Part shown: piece by piece, positions 1 through 9,289 of the stretch
Layout: each line of letters starts with the position of its first letter
Numbering within the stretch: position 1 is the stretch's first letter
Assembly (NCBI GenBank): GCA_900547565.1
Contig: URHI01000001.1
Coordinates: forward strand, 3,533 to 67,532
DNA: 64,000 nt
Direction of reading: 5' to 3'
DNA from: an uncultured Eubacteriales bacterium
Lineage (GTDB): Bacteria > Bacillota > Clostridia > Oscillospirales > CAG-272
Program-made: the position numbers and the translations under genes
Notes under the pieces: model-generated
Seen by the model: only the letters and a program-made list of their open reading frames with translations
Database searches by the model: none
Told to the model about the DNA's origin: nothing

Positions 1-120
1 ACCGACACACTGCGCGTCTACCGCACGTCGGACGGCGGCAAGACATATACCTGCCAGACCTATGTATTCGCAGACCGCGCATTTTACAAGGCACGCCGTG
101 TATCGGCGCAATACACATAA
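1..120 (+). CDS. 3' end of an unidentified CDS that runs off the window start
   Basis: Frame 1 is open from the window edge to TAA at 118-120 (...TYTCQTYVFADRAFYKARRVSAQYT*). A strong hairpin follows. Confidence 0.4.
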   Translation, partial: TDTLRVYRTSDGGKTYTCQTYVFADRAFYKARRVSAQYT

Positions 121-135
121 ATATCAAACCAAAAA

Positions 136-194
136 CAGGGTAGAAAACTGATCTGATTAACAGCAGATAACCGATTTTCTACCCTGATTTTGCG
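136..194. terminator. Rho-independent terminator, possibly bidirectional
   Basis: Perfect 12-bp stem cagggtagaaaa (136-147) / ttttctaccctg (175-186). There is a T-run after the stem on both strands. Confidence 0.55.
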
Positions 195-398
195 TCTGCC
201 TGAACAGCTTACAGCTCATACTCCATCCGCAAGGTAGGCTGTTCTGGCAGGTGAAATATCTTCCCATTGAAAAAATCCGAAATTACCTGCTCCCGGGGTG
301 TGTAGCTCGTCCCGCAAGTATTCTGACGTTTGAAAGCATAACAAAGCAGACACGATAATTGAATTTTCAGTCGCCGCAGGTAAATGATACATCCATCT

Positions 399-436
399 GA
401 AATAACCGTCCTTTGGTGAAATAACCGTCCTTTGGT
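399..436. repeat. Perfect 19-bp tandem direct repeat (2 copies)
   Basis: gaaataaccgtcctttggt occurs at 399-417 and again at 418-436, about 70 bp upstream of the PadR promoter. Confidence 0.9.
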
Positions 437-508
437 GTTTATTTTACCACATACACCTTGTTGCCTGTAAAGTCGCCGAAAAATCTCAATAAAATTTTTA
501 AATACTAC

Positions 509-537
509 TTGACACGTAATACTATGTGTTGTATAAT
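509..537 (+). promoter_or_regulatory. Sigma-A type promoter of the PadR operon
   Basis: TTGACA (509-514), 17-nt spacer, TATAAT (532-537). It lies 23 nt upstream of the PadR ATG. Confidence 0.6.
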
Positions 538-559
538 ATTGTACGTAAGGAGGTGTTGT

Positions 560-871
560 ATGGACATTCAACTCAAACGAGGCCTGCTGGACGTCTGCGT
601 ACTGGCGGCAATAAAAGACGAAGACTCCTACGGCTACCGTATCGTCAAGGATATGGCACCGTACGTCGAAATCTCGGAGTCAACACTCTATCCCATACTG
701 CGGCGGCTGGAAGCGGCAGAGCTTCTTAGCGTGCGCACCGCCGAGCACAATGGCAGGCTGCGCAAATATTACCACATCACGCCGGCAGGACTTGAGCGCA
801 TCGAGCAGTTCAAAAACGAGTGGAGTGAAATCATGGCAATATATCAATACATCACAAGGGAGGAAAAGTGA
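560..871 (+). CDS. PadR family transcriptional regulator
   Basis: MDIQLKRGLLDVCVLAAIKDEDSYGYRIVK...STLYPILRRLE is a typical PadR winged helix. RBS aggagg precedes the ATG at 560. The 458 start in the ORF track is rejected because it overlaps the promoter. Confidence 0.9.
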   Translation: MDIQLKRGLLDVCVLAAIKDEDSYGYRIVKDMAPYVEISESTLYPILRRLEAAELLSVRTAEHNGRLRKYYHITPAGLERIEQFKNEWSEIMAIYQYITREEK

Positions 872-872
872 A

Positions 873-1475
873 ATGACAAAATCCGATTTTGTTTCCGCAC
901 TGCGCGAACATCTGTCGGGGCTGCCGGAAGCGGATATACGCAGATCAACGGATTACTACAGCGAGATCATAGAAGACCGCATGGAAGACGGAGTTGATGA
1001 ACAGCAGGCAGTAGCGGCGCTGGGCCCAATCGACGAAATTGCGTCGCAGATACTCATGGACACACCGCTGACCAAACTGGTAAAGGCCAGAGTAAAACCT
1101 TCACGCGCACTACGCGCATGGGAAATAATATTTCTGATATTAGGCTCGCCGATCTGGCTTTCACTGCTGATAGCGGCAGTCTGTGTCATACTCGCAGTGT
1201 ACACCGTGCTTTGGGCCGTGATAGTGGTGTTTTACGCCGTGGTTCTGAGCTTTGCTGCCGCAACGATAGCCGGGGCGGGCGGTGCATTCATGTTTGCCAT
1301 CATGGGTAATGCATTGTCGGCACTGGGGATTTTCGGCGTTGGACTGGTCTGCGCCGGGCTTGCAATACTGCTGTTTTTCGGCGTAAATGCACTTACGGTG
1401 CTTTTCGTACGTCTGAGCCGCATAATATTGCACGGCATTAAATCATGCTTTATCAACAAGGGGGACAAACAATGA
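873..1475 (+). CDS. DUF1700-like (PadR-associated) membrane protein
   Basis: The N-terminus MTKSDFVSALREHLSGLPEADIRRSTDYYSEIIEDRMEDG is followed by several TM helices. Its ATG lies 1 nt after the PadR stop. Confidence 0.75.
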   Translation: MTKSDFVSALREHLSGLPEADIRRSTDYYSEIIEDRMEDGVDEQQAVAALGPIDEIASQILMDTPLTKLVKARVKPSRALRAWEIIFLILGSPIWLSLLIAAVCVILAVYTVLWAVIVVFYAVVLSFAAATIAGAGGAFMFAIMGNALSALGIFGVGLVCAGLAILLFFGVNALTVLFVRLSRIILHGIKSCFINKGDKQ

Positions 1476-2383
1476 AAAGATCCATTAAAGTTGCAATAAT
1501 CGTGGCTGTCGCGCTGATAGCGGCAGGACTGCTCACTGTACTGGCCGCGTTTGCCGTCGGCGGTTTCGATATAAGATCATTCAACACCGTCACATACATC
1601 GAGAACTCAGTCCCGATAGACATACCGTTTGACAGCGTGTCAGTCGACTGCACAACTGCAGACGTGCGCATCATACGCTCTCCGGACGGCCGTGCACGTG
1701 TCGTATTCTCCGACTGTGATGACCACGCGATCTCCCATTCGGCAACCGTCCGTGACGGAGAACTGACCGTCACGCGCACCGACAACCGCACTGTGCACAT
1801 ATACGCAGAGGTCAACATCGGACAGGGCGGCCCAACAATTACTGTCTATCTGCCGCAGGACCAATACAGCGAGCTTGACATCAGTACAACCAGCGGAAAC
1901 GTTGACATTTCAGCGGGATTCCGATTTGATGAAGCTGAAATTCACACCACCAGCGGCTCAATCCACGCAGTCGGATGCACCGGTCAAAAGCTTGAGGGAC
2001 GTTCGTCAAGCGGGACTGTACGGCTTGAAAATGTGCAGTGTGAGGAAATAAAAGCACAAAGCAGCAGCGGCGGCATACAGCTTGAAGCCGTCCGTTGTCT
2101 GAATACAGAAGCGCAAAGCAGCAGCGGCACCATCCGCCTCACCGACGTCATAGCGACCGGCTTTATCAAAATTCACAACAGCAGCGGAGGCGTGCGTCTG
2201 GCCCAAAGCGACGCTCCAAAACTGCAAATTGAGACCTCAAGCGGCAGTGTCACCGGTTCCCTGCTGACATCAAAATTATTTGATATCACAACATCAAGCG
2301 GCACCGTACGACTGCCCGAGCAGGGCGACGGAGGTGTGTGTGAGATCAGAACCTCCAGCGGAAATATAAACTTAACCCAATAA
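1472..2383 (+). CDS. DUF4097-like beta-helical repeat protein with an N-terminal TM anchor
   Basis: ATGA overlap with the upstream gene. There is one TM helix, then about 9 repeats of [ST]SSG.[IV].[LG] (TTSGNVDI, SSSGTVRL, SSSGGIQL and others). Confidence 0.7.
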   Translation: MKRSIKVAIIVAVALIAAGLLTVLAAFAVGGFDIRSFNTVTYIENSVPIDIPFDSVSVDCTTADVRIIRSPDGRARVVFSDCDDHAISHSATVRDGELTVTRTDNRTVHIYAEVNIGQGGPTITVYLPQDQYSELDISTTSGNVDISAGFRFDEAEIHTTSGSIHAVGCTGQKLEGRSSSGTVRLENVQCEEIKAQSSSGGIQLEAVRCLNTEAQSSSGTIRLTDVIATGFIKIHNSSGGVRLAQSDAPKLQIETSSGSVTGSLLTSKLFDITTSSGTVRLPEQGDGGVCEIRTSSGNINLTQ

Positions 2384-2389
2384 CGGACA

Positions 2390-2431
2390 AAAAGCTCTGA
2401 CGGACGATCTTTATCCGCCAGAGCTTTTATC
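2390..2431. terminator. Bidirectional rho-independent terminator
   Basis: 15-bp stem aaaagctctgacgga / tccgccagagctttt with 1 mismatch. T-runs are present on both strands. It lies between convergent genes. Confidence 0.65.
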
Positions 2432-2480
2432 ATATCCTAAGGATGGCTGATTAAATCCCCTTCCCTGTCACAGCCTTCGC

Positions 2481-3632
2481 TCAGAGCTTGCTTGCAAACT
2501 CCGCCGCCTGCTCCTCGGTCATATCCGGGTCTACATTTATGTAAACCGTACGGCTGAGTATGTCAAGCGTGCGAGGGCACATATCTGTGGTATAGTCGGT
2601 TCTCAGCCCCTGATTTTCCTTCATCAGGAAGGGATCCATAGCCGGGTGCGACGCTCCCTTTTTATTCAGTATGAAAGTCCAGTTGGAATATACGTGCTTT
2701 CCGGTGTCGATAGGCAGCTTGGTGTGGCAGGGTGCATTCTCCGCAAAGCGGCGTGCCTCAGCCTCACTATCAAACTGAAGCGCCAGCGTAGTTCCGCAGT
2801 CACCATCAATATCATTGGAGGGAATACATTTGTACTTGGCGCCGATAGTCTGCATCATTATGCGCTTGTTGCGGCGCAGATCTGCAAGTATGCCGTCAAG
2901 ACGGTCAAGCTGAACCGACAGTATTGCACCGCTGAACTCGTTGGCACGGTACTCGGTACCGGCAAACACCGGCTCGGAAATGTCATCGAGCTGATTGCCG
3001 AAATATGCTATAGCACAGCTGTCATGATATATCAGCGCCCGTTCGTAGATGCGGCGGTCAGAGGTTATGAGAGCACCTCCCTCTCCGGCAGAAACAATCT
3101 TGTAATAGTTGAAGCTGAACGCGCCGACATCGCCGATAGTGGCAAGTCTGCGGCCATGATAAGCACCGCCGTCTGCCTGGCAGGCGTCCTCAATAACGTG
3201 TATTCCATGCCTCCGGGCGATATCGCAAATTGCATCCATATTGCAGGGGAAGCCCTGAATGTGCACCGGCATGACCGCACGGGTGGCGGGGCCGATCTTT
3301 TTTTCAAAATCAGCGGGATCAAGCGTGCAGGATTCGTCTATCTCGGCCAGCACGGGAATAGCGCCTACTGCCAGTACAGCCATAGCGGAGGCTATATATG
3401 TATACGCCGGAACTATGACCTCATCGCCGGGGCCTATGCCAAGACCGACCAACCCGCTTATAAGTGCGCCCATACCGGACGTCATCATAACAGCATAATC
3501 GGCGCCGGTTATTTTCTTCATCTTCTCCTCACATGTATAGACCGTCTTAAGTATAGTATCGGTCTTGAAGAACTTTCTGCTGTTTACCACCGCCTCAACG
3601 GCAGCGACTTCTTCCTTGCCTATTCTGTACAT
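2481..3632 (-). CDS. DegT/DnrJ/EryC1/StrS family PLP-dependent aminotransferase
   Basis: Family-typical layout with ...FSFNYYKIVSAGEGGALIT (PLP-lysine region) and ...MPVHIQGFPCNMDAI...IEDACQA. Confidence 0.85.
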   Translation of the reverse strand: MYRIGKEEVAAVEAVVNSRKFFKTDTILKTVYTCEEKMKKITGADYAVMMTSGMGALISGLVGLGIGPGDEVIVPAYTYIASAMAVLAVGAIPVLAEIDESCTLDPADFEKKIGPATRAVMPVHIQGFPCNMDAICDIARRHGIHVIEDACQADGGAYHGRRLATIGDVGAFSFNYYKIVSAGEGGALITSDRRIYERALIYHDSCAIAYFGNQLDDISEPVFAGTEYRANEFSGAILSVQLDRLDGILADLRRNKRIMMQTIGAKYKCIPSNDIDGDCGTTLALQFDSEAEARRFAENAPCHTKLPIDTGKHVYSNWTFILNKKGASHPAMDPFLMKENQGLRTDYTTDMCPRTLDILSRTVYINVDPDMTEEQAAEFASKL

Positions 3633-3646
3633 AGCTGATTTCTCCT

Positions 3647-4477
3647 TTACCAGTTTTCGTTGAGATACTTGAGGCTGATAGCTGCACTCTCTTTGTTTGT
3701 ATATCTTGTCTTGTCAAGCTCGGCACAGAGATAGCCGCCGTAGTTAACGCTCTTGAGCACGCGGAACACGCCCGGGAAATCTACAATACCCTCTCCCAGC
3801 TCGCGGAAGTTGCTGTACACCTCAACACCTATAGTCTGATCAATACCTCTGACGTCCATGTCGCCGGTTATATCCTTGAGATGCACAAACTTTATGCGCT
3901 CTTTGTACCTGTCGAACATGGTAACGGGGTCGCACTTGCCGGCAACCAGATGGGCAGTGTCGGGACCGAAGCCGACCAGCTCGGGATCTGTATTCTGCAT
4001 AATAAAATCGATCTCATTTTCGTACATTATCGACGAATTGAAGTGCGGGTGCACACAGGGCGTGATGCCGTACTCGCGGCAGATTTTGGCCACCTCAATT
4101 GTGGTGTTCAGAGCGTAGCGCATGTGCTCGTTGTCGGCGAGGTTGGTGTACGGCTCGGGGCGGCTCGGGAACATGGCACTCTGCAGGCTTATGGTCTTTA
4201 TTCCGTTCTTGGCAACAAAGCCTATGCGATCCTTAAGCCCTATAACGTCGTTTTCGTAGTTGCCCTTAAGATGAAAGTAAAAGCTGACCGGGTGTACGTC
4301 ATACTCGTCTGTTATGGCCTTGAAGTCGGCAAAATCGTTTATAAATGTGTCTATAAAAGCGCGCACGCTTTCAAAATATTTAAAGCCCACTGCGCTCATA
4401 TCGGCACAGGACTGTATAAATTCTTCGCGTGTTTTGGTACCCCATGGCCACTGGGCGTATGCGAACTGATTTGACAT
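3647..4477 (-). CDS. Sugar phosphate isomerase/epimerase (xylose-isomerase-like TIM barrel)
   Basis: 276 aa with family-like motifs (HPHFNS, DTAHL, VHLKD). Confidence 0.8.
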   Translation of the reverse strand: MSNQFAYAQWPWGTKTREEFIQSCADMSAVGFKYFESVRAFIDTFINDFADFKAITDEYDVHPVSFYFHLKGNYENDVIGLKDRIGFVAKNGIKTISLQSAMFPSRPEPYTNLADNEHMRYALNTTIEVAKICREYGITPCVHPHFNSSIMYENEIDFIMQNTDPELVGFGPDTAHLVAGKCDPVTMFDRYKERIKFVHLKDITGDMDVRGIDQTIGVEVYSNFRELGEGIVDFPGVFRVLKSVNYGGYLCAELDKTRYTNKESAAISLKYLNENW

Positions 4478-4482
4478 GATGT

Positions 4483-5799
4483 TTATTTTCTCCTTTTGAA
4501 TAATTCGATAAGCAATGAAAGATTTTGTTTAATAAGCAGACTGTCCGAATCGTCTGTAAGTCCGAAGGCCTTGCCAAAGCGGAAGGTGCCTATCTCATAT
4601 CCGCCGCGGCATATTTCTTCCTTATTGGGCAGATAGACGTTGGAGCCGTTTGTATTGCAAATGCACAGCGTATCGTCAAAGGGGCTGTAATGGCGAAGCC
4701 GCATGGCAATGACCGAAAACAGCTCAAACGGGAACGGCACTATGGCGATACCTCCAACTGCGACTATTACCTGCTCGTAGCTATACTCAGTTTCAGGCTT
4801 TTTGCCTTGCTTGTATATATCCAGCATATCCAGCACGTGACGGTATTCAAGATATTTGAGATTTGTCAGCTTGGACGGGTCGGGATACCGTGCGAGGATA
4901 TCGGACAGCTCATTCTCGAGATACTCACGTGAGGGAAGCGGGCAATATGGCAGCGTTACGGTACCGGTAATGACATCTATCACGGCATCGTCACGATAAT
5001 CGGATATTCCCTGCCGGGCCCGCAGTGCATCGGCCGCGGCAACAGCTCCCACCTCGGCGACATATGTGATATCGGCCGTGGTTTTTCCGTTGCTCAGGCG
5101 CGGCCCGACATCACCCGACGCGGCGTTAAAAAACATAGCAAGCCCGCCGTATTCGCGCTCCAGTGCATCAGTCATAGGACCGGGCCAGTCGCGCGTGACC
5201 TCGTGGTTACAGCCGGCACAGGTTCCGTGGCAACCGTAATGAACTATATTGACCAGCTGTGATCCGTCATCGCGTACCAACGACAGCACCGTCAGCCTCG
5301 GGTCAAAAGGTCCCCATGGGTTTTGTCCCAGGTGAACGTTGGACTCGGGATCTATCTCACGGCGGTTGATACCCAGGCGGCTCTCGGTCTGTCCGACACC
5401 AAGCCTTACCCTGCAGAGTGAGCCTGCAGCTGCGGCAACCGCTTTGAGAGTTTGAGGCATAAGTATTTCGTCGACAAACTTGTAGTCAATACCGCCCCAG
5501 CCCTCCATATCGGAAGCATTGGGTGCCGAGTGCGTGTGCGTGGCAGACGCCACAATGCGCGATTTTGACAGTCCGGTCAATGCGGCTGCTTCGCTTCTCA
5601 TACGGTCGGCAACCTCGTTGGCCAAAAGCCCCATATCGCAGTCTATGAACACAACGCTCTCATGACTGTCCGTCAGATAGAGCACATTCACGTTTATATC
5701 ATCGTTGACAGAAGTTGCCTCGACGCCCGGCTTATAGCCGAACAGGCATGTGCCCAGCGGCGGGGTTATTTTTTCTCTTGCCACACCGGCAAATAACAT
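4483..5799 (-). CDS. Neutral/alkaline ceramidase N-terminal-domain-like hydrolase, no signal peptide
   Basis: The N-terminus AGVAREKITPPLGTCLFGY...SATHTHSAPN...HYGCHGT resembles the neutral ceramidase fold. RBS aaagga precedes the ATG. Confidence 0.6.
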   Translation of the reverse strand: MLFAGVAREKITPPLGTCLFGYKPGVEATSVNDDINVNVLYLTDSHESVVFIDCDMGLLANEVADRMRSEAAALTGLSKSRIVASATHTHSAPNASDMEGWGGIDYKFVDEILMPQTLKAVAAAAGSLCRVRLGVGQTESRLGINRREIDPESNVHLGQNPWGPFDPRLTVLSLVRDDGSQLVNIVHYGCHGTCAGCNHEVTRDWPGPMTDALEREYGGLAMFFNAASGDVGPRLSNGKTTADITYVAEVGAVAAADALRARQGISDYRDDAVIDVITGTVTLPYCPLPSREYLENELSDILARYPDPSKLTNLKYLEYRHVLDMLDIYKQGKKPETEYSYEQVIVAVGGIAIVPFPFELFSVIAMRLRHYSPFDDTLCICNTNGSNVYLPNKEEICRGGYEIGTFRFGKAFGLTDDSDSLLIKQNLSLLIELFKRRK

Positions 5800-5826
5800 A
5801 TGATCAGATCCTTTCCGGACAAGCCG

Positions 5827-7629
5827 TCAGTTATATATTTCGTTGCCCCGGTTTGGGGTATACGGCAGCGACAACGTGACGTTTCTGCCGTCGGCATAGA
5901 ATATCTCAAGCACGTTCAGCTTGTTTACAAGATAATAATTCTGATAGTATTCAGACAGCGTACTGCTTGCCGAGGCCAGCTGTACGGCTTTTTCCTCGCT
6001 GTTCGGCCACAGTATTACCGAAGGATCGACATGCTTATAAAACTCCACCGATGCCGCAACATATCCGTGATGCGCCACCTGCATGATATCGCTCTTGAGA
6101 TAGTCTCCGAAGCGATCGATCATGATCTTGCAGCCTTCCTTGAGTATATCGCCGAGTATCATAACTGTCTGACCGCCGGCTTTGATGCGCGTCACCATAC
6201 TGGTGTTATTGAACTTGGCAATAGGGTCGGGATACATATCCTCCTGCGTATACAGCACCTCAAGTTCAAGTCCCTTGAGCCTGACCGGTTCTCCGGTGTG
6301 CAGCTTGACCAGCTTAAAGCCGCCAACCGCCTGACTTGCGGCCTGGTATTTTTCCGCCATAAAATAATGCGGTTCGTCCGAATTCATAACGGAGGTATAC
6401 GACGGAGTATTGCACAGGAAATATTTGACTTCAACCTTTGAACCGTATTTGCAGCAGAAGTCATACAAATTGGCATAATGGTCCCAGTGCTCGTGTGTCA
6501 ACAGCCACGCCGAGATGACTATTTTGCCGTCAGGACGCTCGTTAAGTGTGTTCAGCAGGTTGTACAGACGGTCAAAATCACCGTTTACGTTGCCGCCGCT
6601 GTCGTAGATCAGAAATGAACCGTCCTCCAGCGTGACAATATAGCACATTCCTATGTTTTTTCCGCCTGTGTAGTCCAATATCATCTGCGTGACCTTGATA
6701 TTGGTAATTGGCGTATATTCCTCGTCCTCAACAAAATTGGTTTCGGACAGCGGCGCCGATACCAACCGCGTCACACCGTTACACGGCGAGAACGACACGT
6801 AAATCACGGTGTCCTTTGCCGCGCTTTTGTAGCATATGAAGCGGTTATCGGTTATACTGTTTTCATACACCCGCTCGTACCCGGACGCGGCGAGCGTGCT
6901 CTCGTACGCCTCAAAGTCGGACAGCGAGGTATCAGTGTAGTACCATAACAGATTGTTATCGTTGCAGTCAGTGGTGCCTGTCAGCCGACCGGCTGTGAAG
7001 GCGGGAATATCAACTCTCCAGGTATACTCTTTTTTCAGCTGGACAAGGTCGCCTGCAAGCTCGAGAGCCTGCGATTTGGTTGAATAGTTAAGTTTGAAAT
7101 ATGTAGTAAAGCTGTCAATAGCCGACGACAGTGAGGTAAGGTTCCAGCCGAATATGACCAGCTTGTTCCCCCTGACACCGAAGCCGTACTGATTGATTGC
7201 CATATCCGCCATAAATTCGGCAGACTCGGCGCGGTTGGTTTCGCCGATCAGTATTTCGTGCTCGGAGGAGTGATCTTCCGATGCGCCCACAGCATCACTT
7301 TTGAGCTTGATCGACACATTTGAATAGTTCAGAAAGGTGTTGGCCATTTGCTGTGCCATAGTGCGGACGGTATCGTCACCTGAGCGGTATACTATGACAA
7401 AATCGGTCTTGCCGTCCTTGACAAAGGATAGCGGCTCGGCCGCCGGCACCGTGGTATCATCCGTCGGTGCGGTGGTGTTCTCAACGGACGCCGTTGTGCT
7501 GCCCGACACTTCCGGAGTTGTATCTCCGGACGTTGTGTCGGCAGGGACATTATTGTTATTGCACCCAGCAGCCAGCATTGACAGTGTAAGCAGCGCTGCT
7601 ATCAGGGTGGAAAATCTGATTTTTTTCAT
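5827..7629 (-). CDS. Surface lipoprotein: Thr-rich linker, shared N-module and MBL-fold metallo-hydrolase domain
   Basis: Signal peptide plus Cys (LSMLAAGC). The HxHxDH motif LLTHEHWDHYANL is present. The N-module is FVIVYRSGDD...EILIGETNRAES. Confidence 0.7.
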   Translation of the reverse strand: MKKIRFSTLIAALLTLSMLAAGCNNNNVPADTTSGDTTPEVSGSTTASVENTTAPTDDTTVPAAEPLSFVKDGKTDFVIVYRSGDDTVRTMAQQMANTFLNYSNVSIKLKSDAVGASEDHSSEHEILIGETNRAESAEFMADMAINQYGFGVRGNKLVIFGWNLTSLSSAIDSFTTYFKLNYSTKSQALELAGDLVQLKKEYTWRVDIPAFTAGRLTGTTDCNDNNLLWYYTDTSLSDFEAYESTLAASGYERVYENSITDNRFICYKSAAKDTVIYVSFSPCNGVTRLVSAPLSETNFVEDEEYTPITNIKVTQMILDYTGGKNIGMCYIVTLEDGSFLIYDSGGNVNGDFDRLYNLLNTLNERPDGKIVISAWLLTHEHWDHYANLYDFCCKYGSKVEVKYFLCNTPSYTSVMNSDEPHYFMAEKYQAASQAVGGFKLVKLHTGEPVRLKGLELEVLYTQEDMYPDPIAKFNNTSMVTRIKAGGQTVMILGDILKEGCKIMIDRFGDYLKSDIMQVAHHGYVAASVEFYKHVDPSVILWPNSEEKAVQLASASSTLSEYYQNYYLVNKLNVLEIFYADGRNVTLSLPYTPNRGNEIYN

Positions 7630-7637
7630 TTAATACC

Positions 7638-9143
7638 TTAGCTTATTTTTTTGAATGCTTCTACAAACTGGTCGAGCTTGTTGCTCCACAGCTTGCTTGA
7701 GGTTTTATAATATGATGCAAAGTTTGACGACTGCTGGGTAGCGCAAAGCTCGGTCAGACGCGGCCCACAGTTATATATCAACCCGAAATCATATCTGATG
7801 CCTGCACGTATGATCTCCAGCATCTCGGCCTGCTCGGCATCCTCGGCATATTTGTACTTGAGCGCCTTGTCGAAGGTTTCGGGTGTCACATATCGCCAGC
7901 TTTCGGCACACAGCGCCTCGGCTATCATGCCCGACATAGCAGGGTCGCGCGCGGTCTTCATGACCTCGACTGCCGATGCGGCATTGTCGCTGAGCGTGTA
8001 ATAATCCGGCTGAGCCTCGTTATACTTGGGCAGAGGAATTATGCCGTAGGTATCGTCCATATCGGTGAACACGCCCATAAGCGCTGTAACAAGCTGACCT
8101 GGCATCATGAGCGCCTGTCCGTTCTTGAACATGGTGTAGTAGCCCTGCTTCCAGTCAAAGAATGAATAACAGCCGGGGGTATTGTACATGAGGTCGTATA
8201 TCTTGGCGCTTATGTCTATCCACTTTTCCTGATCAGGATCAAGTATAGGCATACCGTCAGCATTGTGCTTGACTGAAATGGCATCAAACGACGCCTGGAA
8301 TGCCATGGGATAACCGGTACACTGAAGCGCACAGCCATATGTATCGCTCTCGTCACGGATACCGTTTCCGTCGTCAATGTAGACGTTGCTGAGCACCGTC
8401 AGAAACTTTTCATAAGTCCACTCACCACGGGACACTGTGGCATAAATGCCGTCAAGCCCATACTCCTTAGCCATGGCACGGTTGAAATAAATGCCGTACA
8501 TGGACTCAATATATGACTGTACGATATCTCCGACAATGAAATACGTCTCTCCGCCTATGCTGAGCTCATCATAAGCAACATTATTCCACCATTCGCGTGA
8601 AATATCAATGTTATCCACCTGGGAGAAGGGCAAAAAGCAGTCCTGTGTGATGAGCAGTGCCGACCATGAAGCACGCTGCGCAATAAGGTCAAAGCTGTCC
8701 TCTGTAGCTCCGGACGTCACTATGTTTTTGATCTTGTTATTGAGATCCTGATTGGTGTCGGTGGAAAAGTCAAATCGCACACCGAAGCGGTCCTCAACTG
8801 CAAGTTGTGCGGCGTGAATGGCACTTTGAATAGCGTCACCGCCGTGTGATTCCACAATAAAGTCGTCTACCGCAGGGCTGTAATTCTGAATCAGAATACG
8901 GTAGATTGCATTGTTGTAATTGGCTTCGGGGAGGTTATCCTGAACATCGGCGCGGTTGGTAACGGCAGTGGTTGTATCGGCCGGCGTGGTTGTATCGTTC
9001 TGAGTTTCCGACGAATCCGGCGAGACGCTCTGGCTGTCACCCGGAGTGGTGGTATCGTCGTTGGGATTAACCGTGGGCTTTGTACATGCTGCAAAGCAAA
9101 TCAGCATACAGCACATGATCAGTAGAGTAATAGTGCGTTTCAT
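7638..9143 (-). CDS. Orphan extracellular solute-binding-protein-like lipoprotein (paralog of 20189..21667)
   Basis: The start is chosen at MKRTITLLIMCCMLICFAAC (RBS ggagag). A Thr-rich linker follows. Family-1 SBP-like. There is no adjacent permease or ATPase. Confidence 0.65.
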   Translation of the reverse strand: MKRTITLLIMCCMLICFAACTKPTVNPNDDTTTPGDSQSVSPDSSETQNDTTTPADTTTAVTNRADVQDNLPEANYNNAIYRILIQNYSPAVDDFIVESHGGDAIQSAIHAAQLAVEDRFGVRFDFSTDTNQDLNNKIKNIVTSGATEDSFDLIAQRASWSALLITQDCFLPFSQVDNIDISREWWNNVAYDELSIGGETYFIVGDIVQSYIESMYGIYFNRAMAKEYGLDGIYATVSRGEWTYEKFLTVLSNVYIDDGNGIRDESDTYGCALQCTGYPMAFQASFDAISVKHNADGMPILDPDQEKWIDISAKIYDLMYNTPGCYSFFDWKQGYYTMFKNGQALMMPGQLVTALMGVFTDMDDTYGIIPLPKYNEAQPDYYTLSDNAASAVEVMKTARDPAMSGMIAEALCAESWRYVTPETFDKALKYKYAEDAEQAEMLEIIRAGIRYDFGLIYNCGPRLTELCATQQSSNFASYYKTSSKLWSNKLDQFVEAFKKIS

Positions 9144-9289
9144 AAAATCCTCTCCTAAAAATAATTTGAACGGATTTGACAGCGTCTTTTCGGACGACAC
9201 CGTGCCGCTCTGACATCCGGAGCTTAAGACGCCGGCGCTCCTGACGTATTGGCGGCCGCCGCAAGCGGCACGGTATGGCCCTATTACAG

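Noticed and set aside
209-571. 120-aa minus-strand ORF as a real gene
   Set aside because: Its only Met lies inside the PadR coding region and promoter. It is Cys/Arg-rich and interrupted by a 19-bp (non-triplet) tandem duplication. It is kept only as a possible remnant in the findings.
2646-3638. 330-aa plus-strand ORF
   Set aside because: It is antisense to the DegT aminotransferase gene, which has clear family motifs. The composition is implausible.
9201-9289. Long-range inverted repeat (accgtgccgc...gcggcacggt) between araC and the SBP-like gene as a terminator
   Set aside because: There is no U-tract on the transcribed (minus) strand and the loop is about 55 nt. It may be a processing or stability element, but the evidence is too weak to call.
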